This document shows positions 1 through 12,338 of a stretch of DNA of 34,721 bases, in pieces. The notes beneath the pieces are model-generated. The model was not told where the DNA came from and made no database searches. It saw nothing but the letters and a program-made list of their open reading frames with translations. Numbering within the stretch: the stretch's first letter is position 1; every line of letters starts with the position of its first letter. The DNA lies in the NCBI GenBank assembly GCA_030141605.1, contig JAQGDQ010001560.1:1-34721 (forward strand), in the 5' to 3' direction. The position numbers and the translations under genes are program-made. The DNA comes from Tubiluchus corallicola. Its lineage: Eukaryota; Animalia; Priapulida.

Positions 1-77
1 CATAAAGCAAAAAAATGTTACCTCCGCGTGAGGCCCTAGGCGGTTGCCTAGTTTGCCCCTGCTTAAGGCCGGCCCTG
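1..77 (-). mobile_element. Partial hAT-like MITE, mirror copy of 13978..14328
   Basis: Ends in the TIR TAAGGCCGGCCCTG at 64..77; exact reverse complement of 13978..14054. Confidence 0.85.
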
Positions 78-466
78 AACCCCCAAGCTTATAGACACAT
101 CTAGGTTTATCATCATGAAATTACTATTATATTAAGCAGAGGTTAATGGCGTTTATTCACTTTTTTATAAACTGCTGTCCCAACCGATTGACAATTCTTA
201 CTTCTTAGGCTTTTGCGTTTAAACCGATAATTCTTTTGTCAAGAATTTCAGTTCAACGAGCAAAGTCGCGACACCTTTGTGGTCTAATTTAATTTAGTTT
301 TCAGATAAAATTCGATTTGCTTTATGGTGGTTTTATAGACGTGCTTAGACTTTTATTCGTTGGCATTTTTACGCCGGCAGCTGGCAAAAATCAATATTTA
401 CGAGATGGTGTTAAAGCTTAGTCTTAGCTATAGCTTGGTAGTTTTAACTACTTAACTACAGCAAAG

Positions 467-721
<255 letters not shown>

Positions 722-1496
722 TTTATTATGAATTTATTTACATATGCTTCTATTTTCAGGTGATGCATTTTAGAAATATTAATTACAATACGTTCGTTAA
801 TTACAATACTAGACTCATGCAGTGCATGTGCAGAAAAGGTAAAGAAAGCGCCATTACATCGTTTTTTACTATGCTGTTTAATACTTTAATGAGTGAGTAT
901 TTAGAATAAAAATTTTGGTTCTTAGTTAAGTTAATTTGTTTTCACATCAAACATTCCTCATTGAAACACTCCGCATCAAATATTCATCAAACATCAGCAT
1001 TCCTGTTTACAGTACGAGACGAAACATTATGTCAGAAATTTCATCATTATGCTATTCAATAATCTGCTAGATTTAGCTCACATAATGTTCTTCTTTGATC
1101 AAGTTTACAAAAGAATTTTAATGCATTGGCATTTTCAAAACTGTATACACTGTTTATATCATGGGCTATCAGAGCATCTGTAAAAGCTTCTCTTTTTGCA
1201 TAGTAAGTGCTATACAGCTTGATAGGTGCAATTTCTTGCAGAAAAGCATTGAAGCTGTCTTGACCAAGTGGAAACTGCCCTTTCTTACTTGAATCCATTA
1301 ATTCTAATAACTGTATCTTTACTTTTACGTGTTGGAATAGCTTTCACTCAAAACTTTGGAACATCTACGTCATTGTCAACAAAACAATGCAGTCTATTTT
1401 GTTTAGAACCCATTGTTATTGTGAACGTGACCCGTTTTTATGTTTTGGAGTTTGGGGTACATTTTGTTTTGCTTTTAATACCATCAGGCATATATA

Positions 1497-1991
1497 GGTT
1501 TTACATGTCAATTGTAGACCTACGTTAACTCAAATGTAGATTTAGGTAATTCAAATGTGTCTTGGTAACTCAAATGTAGATTTAGGTAATTCAAATGTGT
1601 TTGGTTTGTGTTGGTTTGTGTTAACAATGGTTTTCAAGATATCTTAAGCGTTTTTGGTAAGTCAAATGTGACATTGGTATCTCAAAAAGTGGATAGGTGG
1701 TAAAGTTTAAGGATGCTAAATTTAATCTTCTTTAATTTCAATTTAATAATTGCTCCTAAGTTAAAATAACAACGTTATAGGCCTACTAATGGATGCACTA
1801 TCTTTGGTTTATCTTTTTCTAATTTGCACTTAAGTAACTTAATTACCGATTTATTCAAAGTAATGCATCTACATTTGACTTACCTAAGTCACATTTGAGT
1901 TACCAAAACACATTCGAAATTCCTATGTCTACATTTGACTTACCTATGTCACATTTGAACTTTCCTGCGTCTACATTTGACGTGTAAAACC
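1497..1991. mobile_element. Non-autonomous TIR element (MITE) with ~20-bp subterminal repeats; superfamily undetermined
   Basis: Starts GGTTTTACATGTCAATTGTAGAC and ends GTCTACATTTGACGTGTAAAACC, with TATA on both flanks. CAAATGTAGA/GGTAA repeats on the left are mirrored by TTACC/TCTACATTTG on the right. Confidence 0.85.
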
Positions 1992-2370
1992 TATATTAAA
2001 GCAGCAATATTCTGGTAATTTAGCCCTATTATGACCATGTGTCAGAACATCCTTTGTTTAATTTGCAATGGAATTCTGAACAGCCCTGGACCTCTTTAAA
2101 CACCAAAATGTAAGACAGTGACCTGGAATTATTAAGTCACTCGCTGCTACATGTCATAATATTATACTTATTTTACGGAGAGCGGAAATCCGGCGCGCGA
2201 AGAATCAACGTTTCACCATTCGCTAACACGTCCCCATTTCAGTCAATAGACAAAAGCTGTTTCCAACATTGTAATACAATATATGGCGCAAGAAACGACT
2301 GGCAGAAAGCTAATTTCACCTGAAAATTGCTGAAACGCCGTTTGTGTCAACACATTAAACTACCTCCCAT

Positions 2371-3399
2371 TGCCCGAGTTAACTACTTGTAACCATAGCG
2401 ACTAGATCACGTGTCCGAGTTAACTACTTGTAACCATAGCGACTAGATCACGTGTCCGAGTTAACTACTTGAAACCATAGCGATTAGATCACGTGTCCGA
2501 GTTAACTACTTGAAACCATAGTGACTAGATCATGTGCCCGAGTTAACTACTTCAAATCATAGCGACTAGATCACGTGTCCGAGTTAACTACTTGAAACCA
2601 TAGCGACTAGATCACGTGTCCGAGTTAACTACTTGAAACCATAGCGACTAGATCACGTGCCCGAGTTAACTACTTGAAATCATAGCGACTAGATCACGTG
2701 TTCGAGTTAACTACTTGAAACCATAGCGACTAGAGCACGTGTCCGAGTTAACTACTTGAAACCATAGCTACTAGATCACGTGCCCGAGTTAACTACTTGA
2801 AATCATAGCGACTAGATCACGTGTCCGAGTTAACTACTTGAAACCATAGCGACTAGATCACGTGCCCGAGTTAACTACTTGAAACCATAGCGACTAGATC
2901 ACGTGTCCGAGTTAACTACTTGAAATCATAGCGACTAGATCACGTGTCCGAGTTAACTACTTGAAATCATAGCGACTAGATCACGTGCCCGAGTTAACTA
3001 CTTGAAACCATAGCGACTAGATCACGTGCCCGAGTTAACTACTTGAAACCATAGCGACTAGATCACGTGTCCGGGTTAACTACTTGAAACCATAGCGACT
3101 AGATCACGTGCCCGAGTTAACTACTTGAAACCATAGCGACTAGATCACGTGTCCGAGTTAACTACTTGTAACCATAGCAACTAGATCACGTGTCCGAGTT
3201 AACTACTTGAAATCATAGCGACTAGATCACGTGCCCGAGTTAACTACTTGAAACCATAGCGACTAGATCACGTGCCCGAGTTAACTACTTGAAACCATAG
3301 CGACTAGATCACGTGCCCGAGTTAACTACTTGAAACCATAGCGACTAGATCACGTGTCCGAGTTAACTACTTGAAACCATGGCGACTAGATCACGTGTC
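2371..3399. repeat. 41-bp minisatellite, ~25 copies (GAGTTAACTACTTGAAACCATAGCGACTAGATCACGTGTCC)
   Basis: Head-to-tail units with few substitutions and no unique spacers. Confidence 0.98.
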
Positions 3400-4767
3400 T
3401 AGATATGGAAAACACCCGCCGAGAAACCCGCCCCGTCTGATGATTCACTAATTGCTGATTCGGTTTGCTGATTGAGTGACTGACTGCTCGAATGATTGAA
3501 CTGATGGTCATGGTAATGAGAATGACATTTTGCTGAAAACTCAAGTTAATGTGATACTCACGTTCCGGGAAAAATAGGCTTGGAAAGGATTTCGGAGAAC
3601 TCTATTTTAAGTATTTCAAAAAATGCATAGCTTTCTAATATTAAAATAGCAAAATACATGTAGAATCTGAATTTGAGGATTGATTTGCAAAAAGCAAATT
3701 AGTGTGAACAACAAAACTAACGATGGAACAAAAAAGCATGGAGAGAATTTTGTCAAGTTTTTAACGGTTTCAAAAAGCTAAATATATGAGGTCGTATTAC
3801 AATAAAATCATCCTTATTAAAAGGTACTAAATTATGAGAATTATTACAAAACTGCAAATTAGCGTGACACTAATAGAGTAATGATTCAACAAGAAGGAAG
3901 ATTTTGTTTTAACGATTTCAAAAAGAAGAAACTCAAATAGCTGAGCTCCTGCTCACCTGTTAAAATTCTTCTTAATTGGCACTGAATCTGAAAATTGATT
4001 TGAAAATATGCTATTTACTTAAAAACTAGACAAAGGCTATGATTACTTAGAGCAATCATATTCAATATTGCCCTGGAGTGCACACATGCGCAGAATTAGA
4101 TTCGTTTTCCTGTTCTATCCCAGACAATGCACCCCATATTTACGAAACAATCACCTACAGCTCTGCGGCGTTACCCAAATCATTGTCAATATTGAATCAC
4201 AAACAGGCTAGGAATATCAGGCCATTTGCTTTTAGTCGTAGTGGCAGCTCCATCTTGCGGGTGAAGATGAAACCTGCCTGACAAACCAAAACCATGATTA
4301 TGATAGTTGAGCTTAAATTTTGGGGGTAAATTAAATCTACATTGTATGTCCTGTCTTATCTAGCACGACTACGATACGGTTTCTTAGCTATTTGCTACGT
4401 AATTATAATAAACTCAGCCACCTTTACGAGTAGGCCTCTCAGGCTGTGCATCGTGCGCCATTTTGTTTCCTTTCGTGAAACTATAATGAAGAATGAAACC
4501 GCAGGAGAAATGTTTCGCGAAAAAAACTCATAAACTTGTCAAGTCAATAAATCACGATGATTTAGTTTAGGTCGGCGAGATTTTTCGAGAGTAATCACTG
4601 ATGATTGTCGACAAGATAACAACTTGCTGTTACAACGTTGAGCTTAGCGAGAGACAGATGAGCCATGGATTAAACGCCTCGTAGTGACAACTGAGCCTTC
4701 TTAACTAATGATTTTTCTGCTGTTTTTACTTCTCGGTACTCTGCTAACCGGTATCAAACGCTTAATC

Positions 4768-5388
4768 GATGATGTAGTAGACAGAAACCAATGACGTAGT
4801 AGACAGAAACCAATGATGTAGTAGACAGAAACCAATGATGTAGTAGACAGAAACTAATGGTGTAGTAGACAGAAACCAATGATGTAGTAGACAGAAACTA
4901 ATGGTGTAGTAGACAGAAACCAATGATGTAGTAGACAGAAACCAATGACGTAGTAGACAGAAACCAATGATGTAGTAGACAGAAACCAATGATGTAGTAG
5001 ACAGAAACTAATGGTGTAGTAGACAGAAACCAATGATGTAGTAGACAGAAACTAATGACGTAGTAGGCAGAAACCAATAATGTAGTAGACAGAAACTAAT
5101 GGTGTAGTAGACAGAAACCAATGATGTAGTAGACAGAAACTAATGGTGTAGTAGACAGAAACCAATGATGTAGTAGACAGAAACTAATGGTGTAGTAGAC
5201 AGAAACCAATGATGTAGTAGACAGAAACTAATGACGTAGTAGACAGAAACCAAAGATGTAGTAGACAGAAACTAATGGTGTAGTAGACAGAAACCAATGA
5301 TGTAGTAGACAGAAACTAATGGTGTAGTAGACAGAAACCAATGATGTAGTAGACAGAAACCAATGGTGTAGTAGACAGAAACCAATGA
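4768..5388. repeat. 22-bp minisatellite, ~28 copies (GATGTAGTAGACAGAAACCAAT)
   Basis: Seen directly. AACCAATGAT and AACTAATGGT variants often alternate. Confidence 0.98.
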
Positions 5389-5442
5389 TCCTTCTTAACT
5401 AATGATTTTTCTGCGGTTTTTACTTTTCGGTACTCTGCTAAC

Positions 5443-5787
5443 CCAATGGCAATGTGTGGAGGAGTAAACCTTCCTAATCAGGAGTGGAGCCCCGAAGACG
5501 GACCAGTGCAGCATGATCACTAACTCCGGCAGCTCCTGCAGCCAATGTGGTGCCAAACGCAACGCTCCACTTTCCTTTGGACTACACCAGAGAGGAAGAG
5601 AGGGGGTTCCTGTTGTCTGGGCAACTCAGGATCTCCATACACCTTGCCCATGCGTGCGCCCTGGAGACGTTCAAGGATCGCACTGCTCAGCCACAATCGA
5701 CGCTGCAGCTCCATCAATGTGATCAATAACTGACTCTCTTGGTGCACACTCCATTGTCCTCCGAGACAGAAGGATGCCAACAAGAAT
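5443..5787 (+). mobile_element. 345-bp retroposed insertion, probably an RTE-derived non-autonomous element
   Basis: 12-bp TSD TACTCTGCTAAC at 5431..5442 and 5788..5799. The uninterrupted paralogous site is visible near 4737..4787. GC content is higher than the flanks. The 3' end CACTCCATTGTCCTCCGAGACAGAAGGATGCCAACAA resembles RTE-clade 3' termini (from recall). Confidence 0.8.
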
Positions 5788-6061
5788 TACTCTGCTAACT
5801 GGTATCCAACACTTAATCGATGATGTAGATGATGTAGTAGACAGAAAAAAAACAGTCTCGTTATGAAGGAATATCATCTACACACTGAACCACTAGTCAG
5901 CCACATTTGATGTATAATATAACTTGGACAATACAGCAAATATAACCATTCATGGAGTCTTTTCTCACTGCCTTGTTCTCTATTTGGCGTACTGGAACAA
6001 TATTAATTGCAAAGGAACATAGAAATCGTATTTTAAGTCGATGACTCTGAATTTTACTGAA

Positions 6062-6113
6062 TCAGCCATCCATTCACCACCCAGGCTTAATATCGCTTAA
6101 CTTTGGTCAACTG
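6062..6113 (-). pseudogene. Degenerate 5S rRNA-like fragment (possible SINE3- or Helitron-borne piece)
   Basis: Minus strand reads AAGTTAAGCG...GCCTGGGTGGTGAATGGATGG, similar in order and spacing to the 5S internal control region (AAGCTAAGCA...GCCTGGTTAGTACTTGGATGG). Short and diverged. Confidence 0.4.
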
Positions 6114-6549
6114 AAATTGCTAACGCGATACTCGAATCTACGGTTATCTCCTTTATCTCTTTTATGCTCCTTTATCTTCAGAAACATCGACCCGCTGTCT
6201 CAACATTTAGGAACATGCATTAACTAAAATAATGATCTGCTATTTACCCCCCACCCTTGATAAGCTACTTTGCCACGTTATTCATCAAAGGAAGAAATTA
6301 AATATTCTCGTTCAAAATATTTCCCAACAAGAACTGCGAATTCTATTTCCTCTCCGGTACGAAGCGTTTCTTGTTACATGAAAATGCCAATATTGATCAT
6401 AACTTGAGTTTGTTGACCACTTTTCTAGCGATATTCACTCTGCTCTAAAAATAATTAAATTCTGGAAAGAGTTGAAAGAAGTCTTGCATAATATGAGCTC
6501 AACAACAAGACGAGTTTTATATGTCGGCTGTTCAATGAATTTTGAACAT

Positions 6550-8648
6550 GTTTGGTTGCCTCGCTGACTAGTTTAAAGCCCACCTACACAGTTTGGTTGC
6601 CTCGCTGACTAGTTTAAAGCCCACCTGCACAGTTTGGTTGCCTCGCTGACTAGTTTAAAGCCCACCTGCACAGTTTGGTTGCCTCGCTGACTAGTTTAAA
6701 GCCCACCTACACAGTTTGGTTGCCTCGCTGACTAATTTAAAGCCCACCTGCACAGTTTGGTTGCCTCGCTGACTAGTTTAAAGCCCACCTGCACAGTTTG
6801 GTTGCCTCGCTGACTAGTTTAAAGCCCACCTACACATTTTGGTTGCCTCGCTGACTAGTTTAAAGCCCACCTACACAGTTTGGTTGCCTCGCTGACTAGT
6901 TTAAAGCTCACCTGCACAGTTTGGTTGCCTCGCTGACTAGTTTAAAGCCCACCTGCACAGTTTGATTGCCTCGCTGACTAGTTTAAAGCCCACCTGCACA
7001 GTTTGGTTGCCTCGCTGACTAGTTTAAAGCCCACCTACACAGTTTGGTTGCCTCGCTAACTAGTTTAAAGCCCACCTGCACAGTTTGGTTGCCTCACTGA
7101 CTAGTTTAAAACCCACCTGCACAGTTTGGTTGCCTCGCTGACTAGTTTAAAGCCCACCTAGACAGTTTGGTTGCCTCGCTGACTAGTTTAAAGCCCACCT
7201 GCACAGTTTGGTTGCCTCGCTGACTAGTTTAAAGCCCTGCTACACAGTTTGGTTGCCTCGCTGACTAGTTTAAAACCCACCTACACAGTTTGGTTGCCTC
7301 GATGACTAGTTTAAAGCCCACCTACACAGTTTGGTTGCCTCACTGAATAGTTTAAAGCCCACCTACACAGTTTGGTTGTCTCGCTGACTAGTTTAAAGCC
7401 CCCTTGCACAGTTTGGTTGCCTCGCTGACTAGTTTAAAGCCCACCTGCACAGTTTGGTTGCCTCGCTAACTGGTTTAAAGCCCACCTACACAGTTTGGTT
7501 GCCTCACTGACTAGTTTAAAGCCCTGCTACACAGTTTGGTTGCCTCGCTGACTAGTTTAAAGCCCACCTACACAGTTTGGTTGTCTCGCTGACTAGTTTA
7601 AAGCCCACCTACACACTTTGGTTGCCACGCTAACAAGTTTAAAGCCCACCTACACAGTTTGGTTGCCTCACTGACTAGTTTAAAGCTCACCTGCACAGTT
7701 TAGTTGCCTCGCTGACTAGTTTAAAGCTCACCTGCACAGTTTGATTGCCTCGCTGACTAGTTTAAAGCCCACCTACACAATTTGGTTGCCTCGCTAACTA
7801 GTTTAAAGCCCACCTACACAGTTTGGTTGCCTCGCTGACTAGTTTAAAGCCCTGCTACACAGTTTGGTTGCCTCGCTGACTAGTTTAAAGCCCACCTATA
7901 CAGTTTGGTTGCCTCGCTGACTAGTTTAAAACCCACCTACACAGTTTGGTTGCCTCGATGACTAGTTTAAAGCCCACCTACACAGTTTGGTTGCCTCACT
8001 GAATAGTTTAAAGCCCACCTACACAGTTTGGTTGCCTCGCTGACTAGTTTAAAGCCCACCTACACAGTTTGGTTGCCTCACTGACTAGTTTAAAGCCCTG
8101 CTACACAGTTTGGTTGCCTCGCTGACTAGTTTAACGCCCACCTACACAGTTTGGTTGTCTCGCTGACTAGTTTAAAGCCCACCTACACAGTTTGGTTGCC
8201 ACGCTAACAAGTTTAAAGCCCACCTACACAGTTTGGTTGCCTCACTGACTAGTTTAAAGTTCACCTGCACAGTTTAGTTGCCTCGCTGACTAGTTTAAAG
8301 CTCACCTGCACAGTTTGGTTGCCTCGCTGACTAGTTTAAAGCCCACCTACACAATTTGGTTGCCTCGCTAACTAGTTTAAAGCCCACCTACACAGTTTGG
8401 TTGCCTCGCTGACTAGTTTAAAGCCCACCTACACAGTTTGGTTGCCTCGCTGACTAGTTTAAAGCCCACCTATACAGTTTGGTTGCCTCGCTGACTAGTT
8501 TAAAGCTCACCTGCACAGTTTGGTTGCCTCGCTGACTAGTTTAAAGCCCACCTGCACAGTTTGGTTGCGTCGCTGACTAGTTTAAAGCCCACCTACACAG
8601 TTTGGTTGCCTCGCTGACTAGTTTAAAGCCCAACTACACAGTTTGGTT
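6550..8648. repeat. 41-bp minisatellite, ~51 copies (GTTTGGTTGCCTCGCTGACTAGTTTAAAGCCCACCTACACA)
   Basis: Seen directly. The sequence is unrelated to the 2371 array apart from GACTAG. Confidence 0.98.
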
Positions 8649-9131
8649 ACACAGTTACAATTTTATGACCGTGTAAGTATATATACTAATAAAATATAGA
8701 GGGGAACTTTAAAGCGCATGTAGTGGAATCCTCCCGTAAGTCTTTAGGGAAGAAAGCGATTACTGACTGAAGCCACTTCTATTAGACTATTCCCATAACA
8801 CTATCATCACTATTATTATTATTAGCGTCAAATAGAACAGAGTCGGTAAATATTTCACCTGCACTGCTGCACATTCACCACAAATCATTATTGTCAGGGC
8901 AGAAATAATTACTAACAGGTTAAACAACGTTTAAAGATTAATAGTTCACCGTAAAGTACTTATTCAACCCAATCACACGATTGGTTCTATTTTTTTTACT
9001 TTGTTGGCGTTTAACAACCTTTGAAATAAACATTCATTAGATACCATAATGATTTTCAATATTATTAATAATATAAATATCATTCCCTTTCAAATTTATT
9101 AATTGTGTTCGCACTAATTTATAACCACATA

Positions 9132-10248
9132 CTTAGTTTGATAAATTATTGCTAAATGTGAAAAAGAAAACTTTATTTTATCCCTTAAACACCTTTTCAT
9201 TTTTTATGTTTATTTAGTTTAATTAATTATTGCCAAATGTGAAAAAGAAAACTTTATTTTATCCCTTAAACACCTTTTCGTTTTTTATGTTTATTTAGTT
9301 TAATTAATTATTGCCAAATGTGAAAAAGAAAACTTTATTTTATCCCTTAAACACCTTTTCGTTTTTCATGTTTATTTAGTTTAATTAATTATTGCCAAAT
9401 GTGAAAAAGAAAACTTTATTTTATCCCTTAAACACCTTTTCGTTTTTTATGTTTATTTAGTTTAATTTATTATCGCCAAATGTGAAAAAGAAAACTTTAT
9501 CCCTTAAACACCTTTTCGTTTTTTATGTTTATTCAGTTTGATAAATTATTGCCAAATGTGAAAAAGAAAACTTTATTTTATCCCTTAAACACCTTTTCGT
9601 TTTTTATGTTTATTTAGTTTAATTTATTATCGCCAAATGTGAAAAAGAAAACTTTATCCCTTAAACACCTTTTCGTTTTTTTATGTTTATTCAGTTTGAT
9701 AAATTATTGCCAAATGTGAAAAAGAAAACTTTATTTTATCCCTTAAACACCTTTTCGTTTTTTATGTTTATTTAGTTTAATTAATTATTGCCAAATGTGA
9801 AAAAGAAAACTTTATTTTATCCCTTAAACACCTTTTCGTTTTTTATGTTTATTCAGTTTAATTAATTATTGCCAAATGTGAAAAAGAAAACTTTATTTTA
9901 TCCCTTAAACACCTTTTCGTTTTTTATGTTTATTCAGTTTAATTAATTATTGCCAAATGTGAAAAAGAAAACTTTATTTTATCCCTGAAACACCTTTTCG
10001 TTTTTTATGTTTATTTAGTTTAATTAATTATTGCCAAATGTGAAAAAGAAATCTTTATTTTATCCCTTAAGCACCTTTTCGTTTTTTATGTTTATTTAGT
10101 TTAATTAATTATTGCCAAATGTGAAAAACAAAACTTTATCCCTTAAACACCTTTTCGTTTTTTATGTTTATTTAGTTTAATTAATTATTGCCAAATGTGA
10201 AAAAGAAAACTTTATTTTATCCCTTAAACACCTTTTCGTTGTTTATGT
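9132..10248. repeat. AT-rich 81-bp tandem repeat, ~14 copies, some with a 5-bp deletion
   Basis: TGCCAAATGTGAAAAAGAAAAC recurs at 9231, 9312 and onward. CTTTATTTTATCCC and CTTTATCCC variants occur. Confidence 0.97.
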
Positions 10249-11132
10249 CTTTGTGAATTTGTCACCTGCCTATTTATCGACCTGGCTACTTCGAGGGCGT
10301 ATAACGACCTGAACCCACCGCAATGCATTTTACGCTTATATGAAAAACATTTTTGCAACGATAAAAACTTTTATTTCATGAACATTATAGCCTCCATTCT
10401 GTTTCACATTGTTCAGTTCTTTCACTGTGACTTAATTGATCATGATTCATTTTTCTATGTTAAATATAAAAATGTATTTTTTAACACTAGCTGTACCAGC
10501 AGTTCTCTTATATTAAACTCATAGTGCTATCGAGCTGTTGACCATGCAGCTAGAAAATTAAAAGATTAATGAGATAACAACATCTTTCTGCGTCATTGGC
10601 TTTAATGCTTCGGATGAGCCTGGCTAAGATGTATGGGAAAAAGATGGCATGATTACGCAGCCGTGATAATTACACATCGCTGTGACAGTTGCATTCTGGG
10701 ATTACATTAATTTCCAGCGAAACTTGACTAAAAAAGACGAACAGTGTAGAATTTTGAACAGCAAGCCAATGTGCTGTGAACAGTGGGAAACGTAATGCAT
10801 TTGCCAAATGTGCAAACATTGGCTTTTAATAGATTCAGTCGAACAGTCGATAGTATTTAGCCACTGTTTTACTGATGTGAAATGGTTGAACCCAAGCGTG
10901 TTACATCATTTAAGCTAATCTAAACTACTCATGACAAAACTGCCACGTGACTAGAATATGGATACCCTCTGGACTTGAACGTGCGCACAATTTGAGTTCG
11001 CTCGCCATTTTGTAACATATTGTTGCAGTTACAACTAGTTAAGATCACTACTGATGCTGTCATTGTTTTTGCATTTGCTCTACGATCTTTGCTGATGGTG
11101 TCTTTGTGGCTTACACTTGTACCAAGTAGGCA

Positions 11133-11349
11133 TTGGGGTGGTTTTGGGTTGTGGTTTTGTGTTTGTTGTGGTTGTGTTTTTTGGGTTGTTGGTTGGTTTT
11201 GTTTTGGTTTGTTTGTTGTGTTGTTTTGTTTGTGTGTTTTGTTTTTTTGTGGTGTTTTGTTTGTGTGTTTTGTTTTTGTGTGTGTGTTGGTGTGTTTTGT
11301 TTGTTTTGGGTTGTGGTTGTTTTGTGTTGGGTTGTGGTTGTGTTGTGGG
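11133..11349. repeat. Aperiodic G/T-only low-complexity tract
   Basis: 217 consecutive bases with no A or C on the + strand. Confidence 0.95.
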
Positions 11350-11838
11350 CGTTCTTATACAGTAAAGCTACTATTGCAAACCAGAATTTGATTAATAATG
11401 TCTGGTTTTCCCAACATTTCCTCTGAGATCATCGATCGATCGCTGATGGCTTCAAATCCTCCCTTTACTTGATCAGTTATTGGGAACTGACTCAGCGAGG
11501 TACATTAAATTCCTCCTTAATCTGCTAAGCAAAAGAAAATTAAAGTTTCTTGGAACGATGTTTCGATCGCTAGTGCTCGGAACGTCACACACAAACGTTG
11601 CAAAGTAATGCTAATTTATGTATTAAACTGGCTCGTCAGCATCAATACACGCAAAGAAAATTATAATTAATTTGTCATCTGTTAAATATTGATTGTCATT
11701 TCTCATTGCTATGGTACTTTTGCTGTTTCTTTTTCATCATTTTTTCTTTTTTCATAATTGCGAATCGGTTAAACAAAGGATATTCTGACACATGGCCATA
11801 ATAGGGCTAAATTATCAGAATATAGCTGCTTTAATATA

Positions 11839-12338
11839 GGTTTTACACGTCAAAAGTAGACACAGGAAAGTTCAAATGTGACTTAGGTAAGTCAAATGTA
11901 GACATAGGAATTTCGAATGTGTTTTGGTAACTCAAATGTCACTTAGGTAAGTCAAATGTAGATGCATTACTTTGAATAAATCGGTAACTAAGTTATTTAA
12001 GTGCAAATTAGAAAAAGATAAACCAAAGATAGTGCATCTATTAGTAGGCCTATAACGTTGTTATTTTAACTTAGGAACAATTATTAAATTGAAATTAAAG
12101 AAGATTAAATTTAACATCCTTAAACTTTACCACCTATCCATATTGGGATTGAGATACCAATGTCACCTTTCACTTGACATGTGTCTACATTTGACTTACC
12201 AAAAACGCTTAAGATATCTTGAAAACCATTGTTAACACATTTGAATTACCTAAATCTACATTTGAGTTACCAAGACACATTTGAATTACCTAAATCTACA
12301 TTTGAGTTAACGTAGGTCTACATTTGACATGTAAAACC
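11839..12338. mobile_element. Mirror copy of the 1497..1991 MITE
   Basis: GGTTTTACACGTCAAAAGTAGAC ... GTCTACATTTGACATGTAAAACC, with TATA flanks and the same flanking sequence as the left copy. Confidence 0.85.

Noticed and set aside
1268-1528. 86-aa ORF duplicated at 12307..12567
   Set aside because: Non-ATG start, the end runs into the MITE terminus, and conservation is explained by the inverted duplication.
5520-5570. Possible HDV-like ribozyme around GGCAGCTCCTGCAGCC
   Set aside because: I could not build consistent P1/P2/P3 pairings by eye.
5513-5877. Five overlapping short ORFs
   Set aside because: They result from the higher GC of the retroposed insert, and none has recognisable protein motifs.
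2371-8648. CRISPR-like appearance of the 41-bp and 22-bp arrays
   Set aside because: Units are contiguous with no unique spacers, there are no cas genes, and the context is eukaryotic.
11133-11349. Interstitial telomeric repeat
   Set aside because: There is no TTAGGG/TTAGG and no regular period.
11490-11545. Minus-strand acceptor (TTTTCTTTTGCTTAGCAG) as a possible exon start
   Set aside because: All frames stop within about 16 codons. It could be a terminal or non-coding exon but is unsupported.
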